64,000 nucleotides of DNA from Octopus vulgaris. Taxonomy: Eukaryota. Both the position numbers and the translations under genes were made by a program. The DNA is taken from positions 134,664,001 through 134,728,000 of the forward strand of contig OX597814.1 in the NCBI GenBank assembly GCA_951406725.2. Direction: 5' to 3'. A model generated the notes under the pieces. That model saw only the letters and a program-made list of their open reading frames with translations, was not told the DNA's origin and did not search any database. Shown here piece after piece: positions 63,530-64,000 of this stretch; the stretch's first letter is position 1, and each line of letters begins with the position of its first letter.

Positions 63530-63887
63530 AAACAAGTCAAGATAGAAAATGCTAAAATAATTTTATAAAGAACATTTCAGTACCGGTTTCAGTCATTTGA
63601 GACCTTTTCAACTGTAACGATTAAACAATTAAATTTAGAAAAATTATAAGAAAAGTTTTTTTAAAAGAATATTTGTATAGTGTTCAAATACAAGTGGCAT
63701 TTTCCTTGTTTCTGCCTTTCTCTGTCTCTCTTGTTTACACTTGTTTAATCGTTACAGTTGAAAAGATCTCAAATGACTGAAACCAGTACTGAAATGTTCT
63801 TTATAAAATTATTTTAGCATTTTCTATCTTGACTTGTTTTTTCATATATATCAACTCGTGTGTTCCTTTTCATCCTTATACATATAT
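63530..63887. mobile_element. Palindromic Penelope-LTR-like element with hammerhead motifs (copy C)
   Basis: ~90-bp near-perfect inverted arms; HHR folds at 63578-63614 (-) and 63755-63791 (+). Confidence 0.78.
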
Positions 63888-64000
63888 CATCATCATCGTT
63901 TAGCGTCCGCTTTCCATGCTAGCATGGGTTGGACGATTCAACTAGGGTCTGGGAAGCCAGAAGGCTGCACTAGGCCCAGTCTGATCTGGCAATGTTTCTA
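63888..64000 (-). mobile_element. RTE 3' end, running off the window
   Basis: (CAT)n and CCATGCTAGCATGG terminus. Confidence 0.9.

Overview
AT-rich, microsatellite-rich metazoan genomic DNA. The tRNA-derived SINE families and the dominant RTE LINE family with (GAT)n tails resemble Octopus repeats; the species is inferred from recall, not tested. Most of the window is nested, decayed transposons: RTE, CR1-like, L1/Tx1 and R4/Dong-type LINEs, a Ty3/Gypsy relic, mariner/Tc1/maT/pogo relics, Helitrons, MITEs and SINEs. The only host gene evidence is a promoter plus the first coding exon of an RNF5/RNF185-like RING ligase (37230-37387); exon 2 was not found in the window. A U6 snRNA pseudogene lies at 50975. 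The most notable signal is a family of palindromic, Penelope-LTR-like elements (21.9 kb, 22.4 kb, 63.5 kb). Each arm carries a minimal type I hammerhead-ribozyme fold with a compensatory U3-A8 core. Other highlights are a Crypton-like hairpin element with a reconstructable empty site, an 18-bp-unit foldback, a pre-miRNA-like hairpin, a PHD finger inside an RT domain and a U6-SINE fusion. All alignments and translations outside the ORF track were done by eye, and many TE boundaries are approximate (roughly +/-20-50 bp).
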